DNA from: an uncultured Chloroflexia bacterium
GTDB taxonomy: Bacteria > Chloroflexota > Limnocylindria > Limnocylindrales > CSP1-4
Direction: 5' to 3'
NCBI GenBank assembly: GCA_963749705.1
Contig: CAVVNQ010000018.1
Coordinates: 90,195 to 154,194 of the forward strand
Length of the DNA: 64,000 nt
The notes below the pieces were generated by a model. The model saw only the letters and a list, made by a program, of their open reading frames with translations. It searched no databases and was not told the origin of the DNA. This document shows positions 22,930-33,336 of this stretch, piece after piece; the stretch's first letter is position 1; each line of letters opens with the position of its first letter. The translations under genes and the position numbers were made by a program.

Positions 22930-25900
22930 GTGCGAGCGTCGGTGCAAACAAGAGTCCTATGGCTCGTCGTCAGCGTGGCGCTGTCCACGGCGACCGCTCC
23001 GGCAGGTGTCGCGACCGCCTCGGTTTTCTCCTGCACGGACGTCCACGCGGTCTACGCAACTGGGGCGAACAACGCGCCCGCCGGGCCGGACTTCGATCAG
23101 TTTGTGAACGACCTCCACGGCCCCAATGGCCGGATAGCTGCCCCTGTGACATTCTCCCAACGTCCGCTCGGAGGTGACGGTGGCTACGCCGGTTTTCAAT
23201 ACCAGCCGACTGACTCCGCGGCGCTCTTCGTCCAAGGCCTGATCGGGTTCGGGCCGTACGAGGACAGCGTCAGGACGGGCGTGGATGAACTAGAAGCGTA
23301 TCTGACGGACAGGGCTGCGGAATGCGGCAACGAAGTCTACGTCCTCGGCGGATGGTCCGAAGGCGCCGACGTGATCGGAACCGCGTTGTTCGAGCTCCCG
23401 GAGAACATTCGCGCTCGCATCGCGTTTGTCGCACTGTTCGGTGATCCCCGACTGGACGCCGGCAACCAGGCGAGCCTCCTCGATCCGCCGATCCCTTGGG
23501 CATGCCTCGACGGCCAGCCCATCTGGATGCGAGGCGACTCGGGGTGCGCAACAAGCATGGGCATCTTCGGGGCCCGACGGCCCTACCTCCCGAGTGACAT
23601 CGAGGGGAGGGTCGGGTCCTGGTGCCGCAAGAATGACGCCGCGTGTACCGGATCGTACATCGACATCCTTCCCAGTGTCAGCATCGAGCCGTTCACACAC
23701 CACCGATACTTCGATCCGAACGCGGAGTCAGCGATGGCCGCCCAGGAGGCAGCAACGCGGCTGCAGGCCTTCGTCCCGGCCCATCCGGAAGCATTCGATG
23801 TCTCGCTCAACCAGTTTGTCGACGGCCAGGCCGGTGCGGATCTCGCCTTCGTGATCGATACCACCGGCAGCATGTGGGGCGCCATCGACGATGTGAAGTC
23901 CGGAGCAACCGCGCTGGCGCAGCTGTGGACCAGCCTCTTCCACAATGGTCGCGTCGCCCTCATCGAGTTCAAGGACCAAGGCGACCCGTTCGTCGCGCGC
24001 GTGGATCTCGGGCTGACAAGCGATGCGGGGGCGTTCCAGACATCCGCCGATGCGTTGACCGCGGACGGGGGTGGCGACACACCCGAAGCGCAGCTGTCCG
24101 GCCTGATGACCGCGCTCGACGGGCTCGAGTGGCGTGACGGCGCCACGAAGGCCGCGATCGTGATCACCGACGCGGCGGGCAAGGATCCGGAGCCCGTCAC
24201 CAACTTCACGCGGGGCAGCGTGATCCAGCATTCCCGAGAGATCGATCCCGTGGCAATCTACGGCGTGAACGTGACCGGGGACCAAACGGTTACGGATTGG
24301 ATCGCGTCGATGGCCGCCGCGACCGCGGGTGAGGTGGTGACACCCGCGCCCGGCCAGTCCCTTACGGATGCGCTGGCCGACTTGTTGGAGACCGCGCATG
24401 CGAACCCGGTGGCCAGACTTGATGGGCCAATCTACGCGAACGTAAGCGACACAATCACGTTCAACGCCGGCGACTCGTTCAGCGCTTCGTCGACGATCGC
24501 GAGCTACAACTGGGACTTCGACGGCGATAGCGTCGTCGACCAGACCACCACGGCGCCGACGACCAGCCATACCTACTCGGCGGACTTCCATGGGATCGCA
24601 TCGGTCGACGTGGTGGACGCGGACGGCCGGTCAGCGATGGCCACGGCTGATGTGACTATCGACTCGGCAGGACTCACGCCGCTGCTCCCGCTCGCGCCCA
24701 TCACAGTCTCGGCCAGCGTGACCGGCACCGATCAGGTGACTGTGACCTGGACCCCCGCGTCGAGCGACCGCGCCGATGCCTACAAGGTGTTCATCGCCGA
24801 TGGAAGCCCGGTGCGGTTTACGGACGCGGGCGATCCGGACTCGGTAGTCATCAACGCCGTGGACCTGAGCCAGTCGCAGACCTTCCGCGTCGCTGCGTCC
24901 AACGCATACGGCAATAGCGCCGGGACGGCCGCGCCGCCCGTCGGCGGAACCAGCGCCTGGTCACCGAGTGCGATCGTGAACGCCGACGACGGCCTTGTCC
25001 AGATCGTCCCCGTCGCGGCAATTGCACCCGACGGAATGGTCCACGCCGCTTGGGTCAACGGCTGGACGAGCCCGACTGTTGATCTCCGGTACGCAAACCG
25101 CAATCCGGCGTCGGGGGCGTGGTCGACACCAGAGCTGATCGGGGGAGTCTCCACCCCAGGTCAGTTCAGCCCTGCGCTGGCGACGGACTCCGCAGGCGAC
25201 CTGTTCGCGATATGGACGGACACTCGCGTCAGCGGGGACCGGAATGTGTACTTCTCGAAGCGTTCGGTGGCGAACGGTTTGTGGTCATCGAGCGTGCGGG
25301 TCAACGACGACCCAACGAACAAGCATCCTGCCCAAGCGGATCCGGCGATCGCGGTCGGTCCGACGGGAGAGGCAATCGCGATCTGGGAGGACTCACGGGG
25401 CAACAAGGACCACATCTACGCCGCGCGCCTTCCGGCTGGGAGCTCAACGTGGTCTGCCAACATGAAGGTCTCGTCGGTGTCCTCGACCAAGGGCGGAGAG
25501 GACGTCGCCATTGGCGCCGACGGGACCGCGTATGCGGTGTGGTTCGAGCCCAAGTCGGGCGACGCCAACATCTGGCTCTCCACCTTGGCACCCGGGGCAA
25601 CCTCCTGGGCGGCGCCCGTCAAGGTCAGCGACGACCCTGGCACCAGCTACCAGGGAGCTCCTCAGGTCGCCGTGGACGGAACCGGTCGCGTCATGGTGAT
25701 CTGGCAGGACTGGCGAGCCAACCCGTTCCAACTTCGCGCTCGTCTTCGGGACGCCGGGGGATCTTGGCAACCGTCCGTCGTAGTCGCGGCGGACGGCGCG
25801 AACACCCCATCGCTCGCGATGCGCTCGGACGGCGTCGGGTTCGTCGCGTGGTATGACGGGATCAACTCGACCACGCCGAGGTTGAATGGCTCATCGTTCA

Positions 25901-26085
25901 ACCCGTCCGCGGGCGCGTGGTCGGGGATCGAGGAAATTAGCGATCCCATCCCTGCCGATGGCAACGTGGAACCGGCGGTTGTGCTTGGTAGTGATTCGAT
26001 CTTTGTCGTGTATCAGAACGCCCATGCCCTGCAGGGCGGTGGCAACGAGGTCGACATCGTTGCGAAGACGCGGGCAGGGCCCTAG
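22930..26085 (+). CDS. Secreted cutinase-like/VWA/PKD/FN3/beta-propeller protein
   Basis: Signal peptide; GWSEG, LFGDP, CRKNDAAC; VWA DTTGSM; PKD YNWDFDGD; FN3 VTVTW..FRVAASNAYG; repeated propeller blades. Confidence 0.8.
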   Translation: MRASVQTRVLWLVVSVALSTATAPAGVATASVFSCTDVHAVYATGANNAPAGPDFDQFVNDLHGPNGRIAAPVTFSQRPLGGDGGYAGFQYQPTDSAALFVQGLIGFGPYEDSVRTGVDELEAYLTDRAAECGNEVYVLGGWSEGADVIGTALFELPENIRARIAFVALFGDPRLDAGNQASLLDPPIPWACLDGQPIWMRGDSGCATSMGIFGARRPYLPSDIEGRVGSWCRKNDAACTGSYIDILPSVSIEPFTHHRYFDPNAESAMAAQEAATRLQAFVPAHPEAFDVSLNQFVDGQAGADLAFVIDTTGSMWGAIDDVKSGATALAQLWTSLFHNGRVALIEFKDQGDPFVARVDLGLTSDAGAFQTSADALTADGGGDTPEAQLSGLMTALDGLEWRDGATKAAIVITDAAGKDPEPVTNFTRGSVIQHSREIDPVAIYGVNVTGDQTVTDWIASMAAATAGEVVTPAPGQSLTDALADLLETAHANPVARLDGPIYANVSDTITFNAGDSFSASSTIASYNWDFDGDSVVDQTTTAPTTSHTYSADFHGIASVDVVDADGRSAMATADVTIDSAGLTPLLPLAPITVSASVTGTDQVTVTWTPASSDRADAYKVFIADGSPVRFTDAGDPDSVVINAVDLSQSQTFRVAASNAYGNSAGTAAPPVGGTSAWSPSAIVNADDGLVQIVPVAAIAPDGMVHAAWVNGWTSPTVDLRYANRNPASGAWSTPELIGGVSTPGQFSPALATDSAGDLFAIWTDTRVSGDRNVYFSKRSVANGLWSSSVRVNDDPTNKHPAQADPAIAVGPTGEAIAIWEDSRGNKDHIYAARLPAGSSTWSANMKVSSVSSTKGGEDVAIGADGTAYAVWFEPKSGDANIWLSTLAPGATSWAAPVKVSDDPGTSYQGAPQVAVDGTGRVMVIWQDWRANPFQLRARLRDAGGSWQPSVVVAADGANTPSLAMRSDGVGFVAWYDGINSTTPRLNGSSFNPSAGAWSGIEEISDPIPADGNVEPAVVLGSDSIFVVYQNAHALQGGGNEVDIVAKTRAGP

Positions 26086-27017
26086 CGCTGCTCCGCGATC
26101 ATCCCGGCCATGCCGCCCGCCTGGCCGCCGCCGCTGCGTCGGGCGTTGCGCGACAGCGCGAGCTGGCCGATGGCGAGGAGCGCCAGGGTCACCACCAGCA
26201 TCATCGTCGCGACCGCGTTGGTCTCCGGCGAGACGCCGCGCTTGACCTGGCCGAAGATGAAGATGGGCAGGGTGGACGAGCCCGGCCCCGATACGAACGA
26301 CGTGATCACGTAGTCGTCGAAGCTGAACGTGAACGACAGCAGGAACCCGGCCACGATCGCCGGCAGCAGCTGCGGGAACGTGATCTGGCGGAACGTTCGC
26401 CACGGCGACGCGTACAGGTCCTGCGACGCCTCGACCAGCGTGCGGTCCATGCCCGACAGCCGGGCGCGGACCAGCAGCAGCACGATGCTGATGTTGAACA
26501 GCATGTGGGCCGCGACGATCGTCGGGATCCCCAGCTGGAGCCGGAGCCCGGTGGCATCGTTGATGATGCCGAAGGTCGAGGCGAACAGGACCAGCGTCGA
26601 CAGGGCGATCACGATCTCGGGCACGATGATCGAGATGTAGGTCAGCGCGTCGAAGCCGATCCGGACTCCCCTGGGCACGCGCTGGAGGCCGAGCGCGGCC
26701 ATCGTGCCGAACGTCGTCGCCAGGATCGCGTTGGGCAGGGCAACCGAGAAGCTGTTGCGCAGCGCGCTGGTCACGACGTCATCGCCCAGCGCCTTGCCGT
26801 ACCACTCCAGCGAGAACCCGGTCCAGATCGTGGCCAGCCGGTTTGCGTTGAAGCTGAACAGGACCACGATCACGATCGGCAGGTACAGGAAGGCGTACAC
26901 CAGCGAGGTGTGCGTGCGCAGCCAGATCTCGACCAGCAGCCCGATGCGGTCGATCCGGGGTCGCGGACGACGACGCCGGGTGACGGTGGCCACGGCCGGG
27001 ACGGCAGTGGCGGTCAT
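26082..27017 (-). CDS. potC: Polyamine ABC transporter permease (PotC-like)
   Basis: FLYLPIVIVVLFSFN, EASQDLYA loop, FSFDDYVIT. Confidence 0.88.
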   Translation of the reverse strand: MTATAVPAVATVTRRRRPRPRIDRIGLLVEIWLRTHTSLVYAFLYLPIVIVVLFSFNANRLATIWTGFSLEWYGKALGDDVVTSALRNSFSVALPNAILATTFGTMAALGLQRVPRGVRIGFDALTYISIIVPEIVIALSTLVLFASTFGIINDATGLRLQLGIPTIVAAHMLFNISIVLLLVRARLSGMDRTLVEASQDLYASPWRTFRQITFPQLLPAIVAGFLLSFTFSFDDYVITSFVSGPGSSTLPIFIFGQVKRGVSPETNAVATMMLVVTLALLAIGQLALSRNARRSGGGQAGGMAGMIAEQR

Positions 27018-27027
27018 CGGGCGGCCG

Positions 27028-27927
27028 TCATATCACGCTCACGTCGCGGCCATGCCGGCCGCGGTTGACGAACCATACGTAGACGGTAATGACCAGCAGC
27101 ATCACGATGATCAGGAGCACCGCCATCGCCGACCCGAACGGCCAGTTGCGGGTCTGGATGAACGCGTCCACCAGCGCATTGCCCATGAGGAACGTGCGGC
27201 CGTAGCCCAGGATGGCGGGGATGACGTACTCGCCCGTCATCGGGATGAACACCAGGATGCTGCCCGTGATCAGGCCGGGCAGCGCGATCGGCAGGGTGAC
27301 CTGCCGGAACGTCGCCCATCGGGCGGCCCCGAGGTCCTTCGATGCCTCGACCAGCGTCCGGTCCATCCGCTCCAGCGTCACGTACAGCGGAAACACCATC
27401 AGCGGCAGGTAGCCGTAGACCAGGCCCAGGAGCACGGCCGGCGGGTTGCCCAGGATCCGGAAGTCCGGGTCGCCGATGATCGCGCCGATGAACCCGCCAA
27501 GGTTCTCCCTGCCCAGGATGATCAGCCACGAGTAGGTGCGGATCAGGAAGCTCGTCCAGAACGGGATGACCAGCAACAGGATGAGCAGCCCCTTCCGCCG
27601 TCGCGCACGGGTCGCGATGAAATAGGCGAGCGGGAGTCCCACCAGCAGGCAGCCGATGGTGCCGGCCACCGCCATCCACAGCGAGGTGAAGAACGGCTCC
27701 AAGCGCTGGGGCTGGCTCAGCAGCCGCGTGTAGTTGTCGAACGTGAACGCGGCATCGTAGCCGCCGTTCTTCGCGCGGTTGCCGAAGCTGAACACGGTCA
27801 CGATGACGAGCGGCGCCACCAGCAGCACGAGGTACCACAGGCCGGCCGGAAACACGAGGGCGGTGGTCAGGAGGGCGGACAGGCTCCGCCGCCCTCCTGG
27901 TTCCGTCGCCGTGGTCGGTTCCGCCAT
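27028..27927 (-). CDS. potB: Polyamine ABC transporter permease (PotB-like)
   Basis: PFWTSFLIRTYSW, EASKDLGA, RNWPFGSA. Confidence 0.9.
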   Translation of the reverse strand: MAEPTTATEPGGRRSLSALLTTALVFPAGLWYLVLLVAPLVIVTVFSFGNRAKNGGYDAAFTFDNYTRLLSQPQRLEPFFTSLWMAVAGTIGCLLVGLPLAYFIATRARRRKGLLILLLVIPFWTSFLIRTYSWLIILGRENLGGFIGAIIGDPDFRILGNPPAVLLGLVYGYLPLMVFPLYVTLERMDRTLVEASKDLGAARWATFRQVTLPIALPGLITGSILVFIPMTGEYVIPAILGYGRTFLMGNALVDAFIQTRNWPFGSAMAVLLIIVMLLVITVYVWFVNRGRHGRDVSVI

Positions 27928-27968
27928 CTCAGGCGCCGCTCATCGGTGATGCGATCCGCGGTCCGGGG

Positions 27969-29171
27969 TCAGCCGCCGATCTTGGACTTGAACTCCTGCC
28001 AGATGTCGATCCGATGCTGGTCGCTCGACAGGTCGATGGCGCCCTCGAGCTTGGACATCACGTCGTCCGGCGGGAAGATCGCAGGATCGGCCAGGACGGC
28101 CGGATCGATGTACTTCTTGGCCTCGTCGTTGGGCGACCCGTAGCCGTTGTAGTTCGTCTCCTCCGCCTGGACCTCCGGGTCCTGGATGAAGTTGAGGAAC
28201 GCGTAGGCGGCGTTCGGGTTGGGCGCGTCGGCGACCAGCACCCAGGTGTCGAGCCAGAACAGGCTGCCCTCGCTGGGAACGACGTACTTGATGTCGGCGG
28301 TCGCGGGGTCGGCGCGCATCGCGACGATCGGTCCGGTCCAGCCCAGGCACAGTGCCGCTTCCTCGCTGGCGAGCTTGTCCTGGTAGGTGTCCGAGTCGAG
28401 CGCGAGGATGTGGGGGGCCAGGTCGAGCAGGATCGTGCGCGCCTGCTCGAGCTCGCCGGAGTCGGTCGAGTTGAGCGAGGCGCCGATCATCTTGAGCGGC
28501 ATGATGAACACGTCGCCCATCGAGTCGACGAACACGGTCTTGCCCGAGTACTTGCCGACGGTCAGGTCGTACAGGTTCTGCCACGACTCGACCGGCTCGG
28601 AGACGAGCTTGCTGCGGTACAGGATGCCCGTGGTCCCGAAGTCCTTGGGCAGCTGGTACTCGTCCTTGGGATCCCAGTTGAGCCCCTTGAACGCCTTGTC
28701 GATGTACTTCTGGTTGGGGACGCGGGACCAGTCGATCTTCTGGATGTAGCCGCCGTCGACCAGGGCCGGCGTGTACTCCGCGGTGGGCGCCGCGATGTCG
28801 TAGCCGGACGCGCCGGCCTGGAACTTCGCGAGCAGCTCCTCGTTGTTGGCGAACGTGTCGTACTGGAACTTCTCGACCCCGAACTGGGCCTTGAACTTGT
28901 CGATGTTGGTGGGACTCACGTAGTCCGACCAGTTGTACATGTACAGCTGCTTCTCGATCTCGTACGAGGGAGCCGCTGACGCGCCGGCGTCCGAGCTGGC
29001 TGCCGGCGCGCTGCTCTCCGCGGCCGCCGGGCTGTTGGTGCTGGTGCCACCGCTGCTGCAGGCGGCGAGCGCCGCGCTGCCACCGAGCAGGCCGGCCGCC
29101 GCCAGGAAGCTCCGACGTGGAACGCGGTTCTGCGACGCCCGCCGCAGGATCTCGTCGAGCTGATCCGCCAT
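27969..29171 (-). CDS. potD: Polyamine ABC substrate-binding Tat lipoprotein (PotD/PotF-like)
   Basis: RRSFL twin-Arg plus LAAC lipobox; YNWSDYV, PSEGSLFWLD, AYAFLNFI. Confidence 0.88.
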   Translation of the reverse strand: MADQLDEILRRASQNRVPRRSFLAAAGLLGGSAALAACSSGGTSTNSPAAAESSAPAASSDAGASAAPSYEIEKQLYMYNWSDYVSPTNIDKFKAQFGVEKFQYDTFANNEELLAKFQAGASGYDIAAPTAEYTPALVDGGYIQKIDWSRVPNQKYIDKAFKGLNWDPKDEYQLPKDFGTTGILYRSKLVSEPVESWQNLYDLTVGKYSGKTVFVDSMGDVFIMPLKMIGASLNSTDSGELEQARTILLDLAPHILALDSDTYQDKLASEEAALCLGWTGPIVAMRADPATADIKYVVPSEGSLFWLDTWVLVADAPNPNAAYAFLNFIQDPEVQAEETNYNGYGSPNDEAKKYIDPAVLADPAIFPPDDVMSKLEGAIDLSSDQHRIDIWQEFKSKIGG

Positions 29172-29211
29172 GTCTCCTCCTCCAAATACCGGACGCTGCG
29201 TGACCCGACCG

Positions 29212-30441
29212 TCAGGCCACGAGAATGAGGTTCGCCGAGTCCTCCCAGCGGACGACGACCGGGTCGCCCGGACCAACGCCGTTGGCCGAGGTGGCCCCGG
29301 TCGCGTTCTGCCGCCGGACGATCATCTCGCCTGCGACATCGGTGGTGACGCGGAATTCCGTCTGCTCTCCCAGGTAGGTGCCCTGTCGAATGCGACCTTC
29401 GACGCTCGTCCAGCCGTCGCCGGCGGGCTCCGCATGCGCCGCGGGATCCACCCGCAGGCGCTCCGGCCGAACGGCGACGATGACCGCGGTTCCGGTGGCT
29501 GGGCGCGCATCGGGGTCCGTGACGATCCCGGTCAGCCGCAGGCCCCGGTCCGACTCGACGACACCGCGACCGGTCGCGGCATCGTGCTCCACGAGCCGGC
29601 CTCCGATCGGGTTCGACACGCCGATGAAGTTGGCCACGAACCGGTTGACCGGTCGCTCGTAGAGGTCGGCCGGCTTGCCCAGCTGCTGGATGCGGCCGCT
29701 CTGCATGACGACGATCACGTCGCTCATGGTCAGCGCCTCCTCCTGGTCGTGGGTCACGTACACGAACGTGATCCCGACCTCGCGCTGGAGGGCCTTGAGC
29801 TCCAGCTGCATCTCCTTGCGCAGCTTGAGATCGAGGGCACCCAGCGGCTCGTCGAGCAGGAGCACGGTGGGGTGGTTGATCAGCGCGCGCGCCAGCGCGA
29901 CGCGCTGCTGCTGCCCCCCGGAGAGCTCCCAGGTGCGCCGCCGCTCGTAGCCGCTGAGGCGCACGAGGTCCAGCGCCTCGCCGGCGCGCCGCTTCTCGTC
30001 CGCCTTGGTGACCCCGCGCTGGCGCAGGCCATAGCCGACGTTCTGGGCGACGTCCATGTGCGGGAACAGGGCGTAGTGCTGGAACACCGTGTTGACGTTG
30101 CGCTTGTAGGGCGGCACGCCGGCGACGGGCTGGCCGGCCAGCAGTATCTCGCCCGACGTCGGCTGCTCGAAGCCCGCGATCATCCGCAGCGTCGTCGTCT
30201 TGCCGCACCCGGACGGGCCGAGGAACGAATAGAACGAGCCGTTGGCGACCGACAGGCGCATCGCGTCAACCGCGATGACGTCCCCGAACCGCTTGGTCAC
30301 GTCGACGATCTCGACATCCGGGGTGCCGCCGCTCGCGGCGCCCGGGCCCAGGTCAGACCCGGCCGCACCGCCCATGTCCGGAGCGGCGCCGCGGCGCAGG
30401 CTGTCGTGGCCAGGGCTCGCTGCTCCGGGAGTCGCCGACAT
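29212..30441 (-). CDS. potA: Polyamine ABC transporter ATP-binding protein
   Basis: GPSGCGKTT, LSGGQQQRVALARA, LLLDEP, TOBE-like tail; start uncertain. Confidence 0.9.
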   Translation of the reverse strand: MSATPGAASPGHDSLRRGAAPDMGGAAGSDLGPGAASGGTPDVEIVDVTKRFGDVIAVDAMRLSVANGSFYSFLGPSGCGKTTTLRMIAGFEQPTSGEILLAGQPVAGVPPYKRNVNTVFQHYALFPHMDVAQNVGYGLRQRGVTKADEKRRAGEALDLVRLSGYERRRTWELSGGQQQRVALARALINHPTVLLLDEPLGALDLKLRKEMQLELKALQREVGITFVYVTHDQEEALTMSDVIVVMQSGRIQQLGKPADLYERPVNRFVANFIGVSNPIGGRLVEHDAATGRGVVESDRGLRLTGIVTDPDARPATGTAVIVAVRPERLRVDPAAHAEPAGDGWTSVEGRIRQGTYLGEQTEFRVTTDVAGEMIVRRQNATGATSANGVGPGDPVVVRWEDSANLILVA

Positions 30442-30502
30442 GGTCAAACGCGCGTCCTCGGCTGCTGCGATCTTCGCTCGGCCCCCTGGGATCGGTCTGC
30501 GG

Positions 30503-30532
30503 ATGGTACGAAGGCGAGCCACGGCGCGTCAA
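30503..30532 (-). promoter_or_regulatory. Sigma70-type promoter of the pot operon
   Basis: TTGACG-N18-TACCAT on - strand. Confidence 0.6.
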
Positions 30533-30551
30533 CGTGGGTCGCGCATGGTGC

Positions 30552-30566
30552 GTGCGAAGTTCGCAC
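30552..30566. promoter_or_regulatory. Palindromic operator candidate
   Basis: GTGCGAA-G-TTCGCAC perfect inverted repeat between the divergent potA and manC promoters. Confidence 0.45.
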
Positions 30567-30632
30567 ATCGCGAGCCCGCTGCCCACGAGATTCGCGGGGT
30601 CGATCGCGCGTCGGCCCGTGGCCGATCGCACG

Positions 30633-30660
30633 TTGGACGCGTGGTCGCCGACCCTAGAAT
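30633..30660 (+). promoter_or_regulatory. Sigma70-type promoter, leaderless manC
   Basis: TTGGAC-N16-TAGAAT, 7 nt before ATG 30668. Confidence 0.6.
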
Positions 30661-30667
30661 GGGTCCG

Positions 30668-31739
30668 ATGTACGTCGTGATCATGGCCGGCGGCGGTGGC
30701 ACGCGGTTGTGGCCGCTGTCGCGGCCCGGACCGCCCGAAGCCGTTCCTCCCGCTCCTGGGCGAGGAATCGCTGCTGCAGGCGACCGTCCGGCGCCTGGCC
30801 GGGCTGCCCGGGCTCGGTGACGACATCACGGTCGTGACGGACCAGCGGTACGAGCCGCTGGTGCGCGCCCAGCTGCCCGGGGTCGGGGTCCTCGCGGAGC
30901 CGGCGGGCCGGAACACGGCTGCGGCCGTTGCCCTGGCGACGGTCGCCCTGGACCGGCCGGCCGACGAGGTGATGGTGGTCCTGCCCGCGGACCACTTCGT
31001 GGATCCGGGACGCGAGGGGTTGTTCCGGGACATCCTCGCCAACGCCGCCGACCGGCTGGCGACCGGCGTGTTCGGCATCGACGATCCGCTGGTCACCCTC
31101 GGCGTCCGGGTCACGCATCCGTCGATCGAGTACGGCTACCTCGTTCCCAGGTTCGACCAGGGCGGCGTCATCGACGGCCTCCAGGCCTATCCGCTCCAGG
31201 CCTTCGAGGAGAAGCCAAAGCCGCCGCGGGCGGAGGAGCTGGCGCGCCAGACGGGTGTCGCGTGGAACGCCGGCATGTTCCTGTGGCGGCGGCGTGCAAT
31301 TCGCGCCAGCCTGGAGCGCTACTCCGGGCTGGTCGGGCTGCTGGAGCCCACGATCAACTCGCGCGCCCTGCTCACGCATGCCTACGAGCAGCTCAAGCCG
31401 GTGTCGATCGACTACGCCGTGATGGAGAGCGCCGCGCGCGACGGCCGCGTGGTCATGGGCTCGATGGAGGTCGGCTGGTCGGACATCGGCAGCTGGACGT
31501 CGCTGCTCGAGGCGATCGGCGCCGGGGGCAGCGGCGCGGTCGTGCAGCCCGGCGAACGGGCCGACGTCGCCGCGGACGACCTCGTGGTTCGGCGCACGGA
31601 CGGGGTCATCCGCGCCGTCCGCCCGTTGGAGGCCGGTAGCATGACGGCGGCGCAGCCGGTCGCCGTCCTCCACGGGCCCGATGAGCGCGCCGTGCAGGCG
31701 CTCCTCGACCGGTGTGCCGCAGCGGAGGCTGATGCGTGA
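30668..31739 (+). CDS. manC: Mannose-1-phosphate guanylyltransferase (frameshift near 30725)
   Basis: MYVVIMAGGGGTRLWPLSR in one frame; RPKPFL..EPAGRNTAAA..PADH..EKP..WNAG..SIDYAVME..WSDIGSW in the next. Confidence 0.85.
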
Positions 31740-33217
31740 CCGACCAGGCGACGGCGCCCACACCCACCCGGATCGTGTTCGGGACCGATGGCTGGCGCGC
31801 CCGCGTGGCCGAGGACTTCACATTCGAGAACGTGCGCCGGTGCGCCGACGGCGTCGCGCGCTACGTCGTCGGCCGCGGGGCGCAGGCGAAGGGCGTCGTC
31901 ATCGCCTACGACCGCCGGTTCGCGTCGGAGCACTTCGCCCAGGCCGCGGCAGAGGTCCTGATGGCCCAGGACATCCCGGTCGCCATCAGCCGGACCGCCG
32001 TCCCGACCCAGATGAGCTCGTACGAGGTGATGGAGCGCGGTGCGGCGGCCGGGATCGTGATCACGGCCTCCCACAACCCCTGGACGGACAACGGGTTCAA
32101 GGTCAAGGCGCCGACCGGTGCCGCCGCCGGCCCGGAGATCCTCTCGGTGCTCGAGGCCGCGATCGCGGACAACGGTGGCCGGGCCGTCGAGCGGCGCCCG
32201 TTCGCCGATGCCGAGGCCGCGGGCATGGTCGAGTGGTTCGACCCGTTCCCGGGCTATGAGCGCTACGTCCGCCGAACCGTCGACCTCGACGCGCTCAAGG
32301 CGGCGGACGTGTCGGTGCTCGTCGAGCCGCTGTACGGCTCGGGTTCGGGCTGGATCCCGCGGCTGCTCGATGGGGGCAGGATCCGGGTCACCGAGATCCA
32401 CAGCGAGCGCAACCCGTACTTCGGTGGCGTCAACCCCGAGCCGATCCGCCCGCACGTCGACGAGGCGCTGGCGCGGATCGCGGGCGGCGGGTTCGACCTC
32501 GGGCTGCTGCTGGACGGCGACGCCGACCGCGCGGGCGCCGTCGACGAGCGGGGCACGTTCCTGCACCAGCTCGAGGTGACCGGGCTGCTCATGTACTACC
32601 TGGCCGAGCATCGCGGGCTGCGCGAGCCGGTCGTGGTCAGCGTCAACAACACATCGACCGCGGCCACGCTCGGCCGGCACTACGGGATCGAGACATACGA
32701 GGTCCCGGTGGGCTTCAAGTTCATCGGACCCAAGATGATCGAGACCGGCGCGATGCTGGGCGCGGAGGAATCCGGGGGCTACGGCTTCGGGATGCACCTG
32801 CCCGAGCGCGACGGGATCTACGCGGACCTGATGCTGCTCGACCTGTTCCTCAAGGAGCGGGCACGTGGACGCTGGCCGGTGTCGCAGATCATGCAGCAGT
32901 TCCACGCCCTGGCCGGTCCGTCGTTCTATCGCCGGATCGACGTCCACTTCCAGCGATCGGAGTACGAGGACGTCAAGCGCCGCGTCCTGGTCGGGCTCCG
33001 CGAGCAGCCGCCGGCGTCGCTCGACGGCGAGCCCATCGACCACACCCAGGTGCTGTCGACCAACGACGGGTTCAAGTTCTTCCTGGCCGACGGGTCGTGG
33101 CTCCTGGTCCGCGCGAGCGGCACCGAGCCGCTGGTCCGGGTGTACACCGAGGCCACCCGACCGGACCTGCGCGACGAGCTGGTCGTCACCGGCGAGCGGC
33201 TCGTCCGGGGGGGCTGA
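31736..33217 (+). CDS. Phosphoglucomutase/phosphomannomutase
   Basis: FGTDGWR, TASHNP, DGDADR, AEESGG, RASGTEP. Confidence 0.95.
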   Translation: MTDQATAPTPTRIVFGTDGWRARVAEDFTFENVRRCADGVARYVVGRGAQAKGVVIAYDRRFASEHFAQAAAEVLMAQDIPVAISRTAVPTQMSSYEVMERGAAAGIVITASHNPWTDNGFKVKAPTGAAAGPEILSVLEAAIADNGGRAVERRPFADAEAAGMVEWFDPFPGYERYVRRTVDLDALKAADVSVLVEPLYGSGSGWIPRLLDGGRIRVTEIHSERNPYFGGVNPEPIRPHVDEALARIAGGGFDLGLLLDGDADRAGAVDERGTFLHQLEVTGLLMYYLAEHRGLREPVVVSVNNTSTAATLGRHYGIETYEVPVGFKFIGPKMIETGAMLGAEESGGYGFGMHLPERDGIYADLMLLDLFLKERARGRWPVSQIMQQFHALAGPSFYRRIDVHFQRSEYEDVKRRVLVGLREQPPASLDGEPIDHTQVLSTNDGFKFFLADGSWLLVRASGTEPLVRVYTEATRPDLRDELVVTGERLVRGG

Positions 33218-33336
33218 CCGGGCGGCCCGGGGGGTGTAGGCTTGGCATCAGCGACCGCCATCACCGGTCCTGCGGGTCCGACCGGACGGCGGCCCTCATG
33301 GACGCCCGTCGCGGGGCGACTGGAGGTAGATCGGCG

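Larger units (their letters stand above)
21796..26085. mobile_element. Small genomic island at the tRNA-Arg fragment (no integrase seen)
   Basis: Visibly more A/T-rich with more A/T-ending codons than the flanks; begins at the broken tRNA and ends at the potC stop. Confidence 0.55.
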
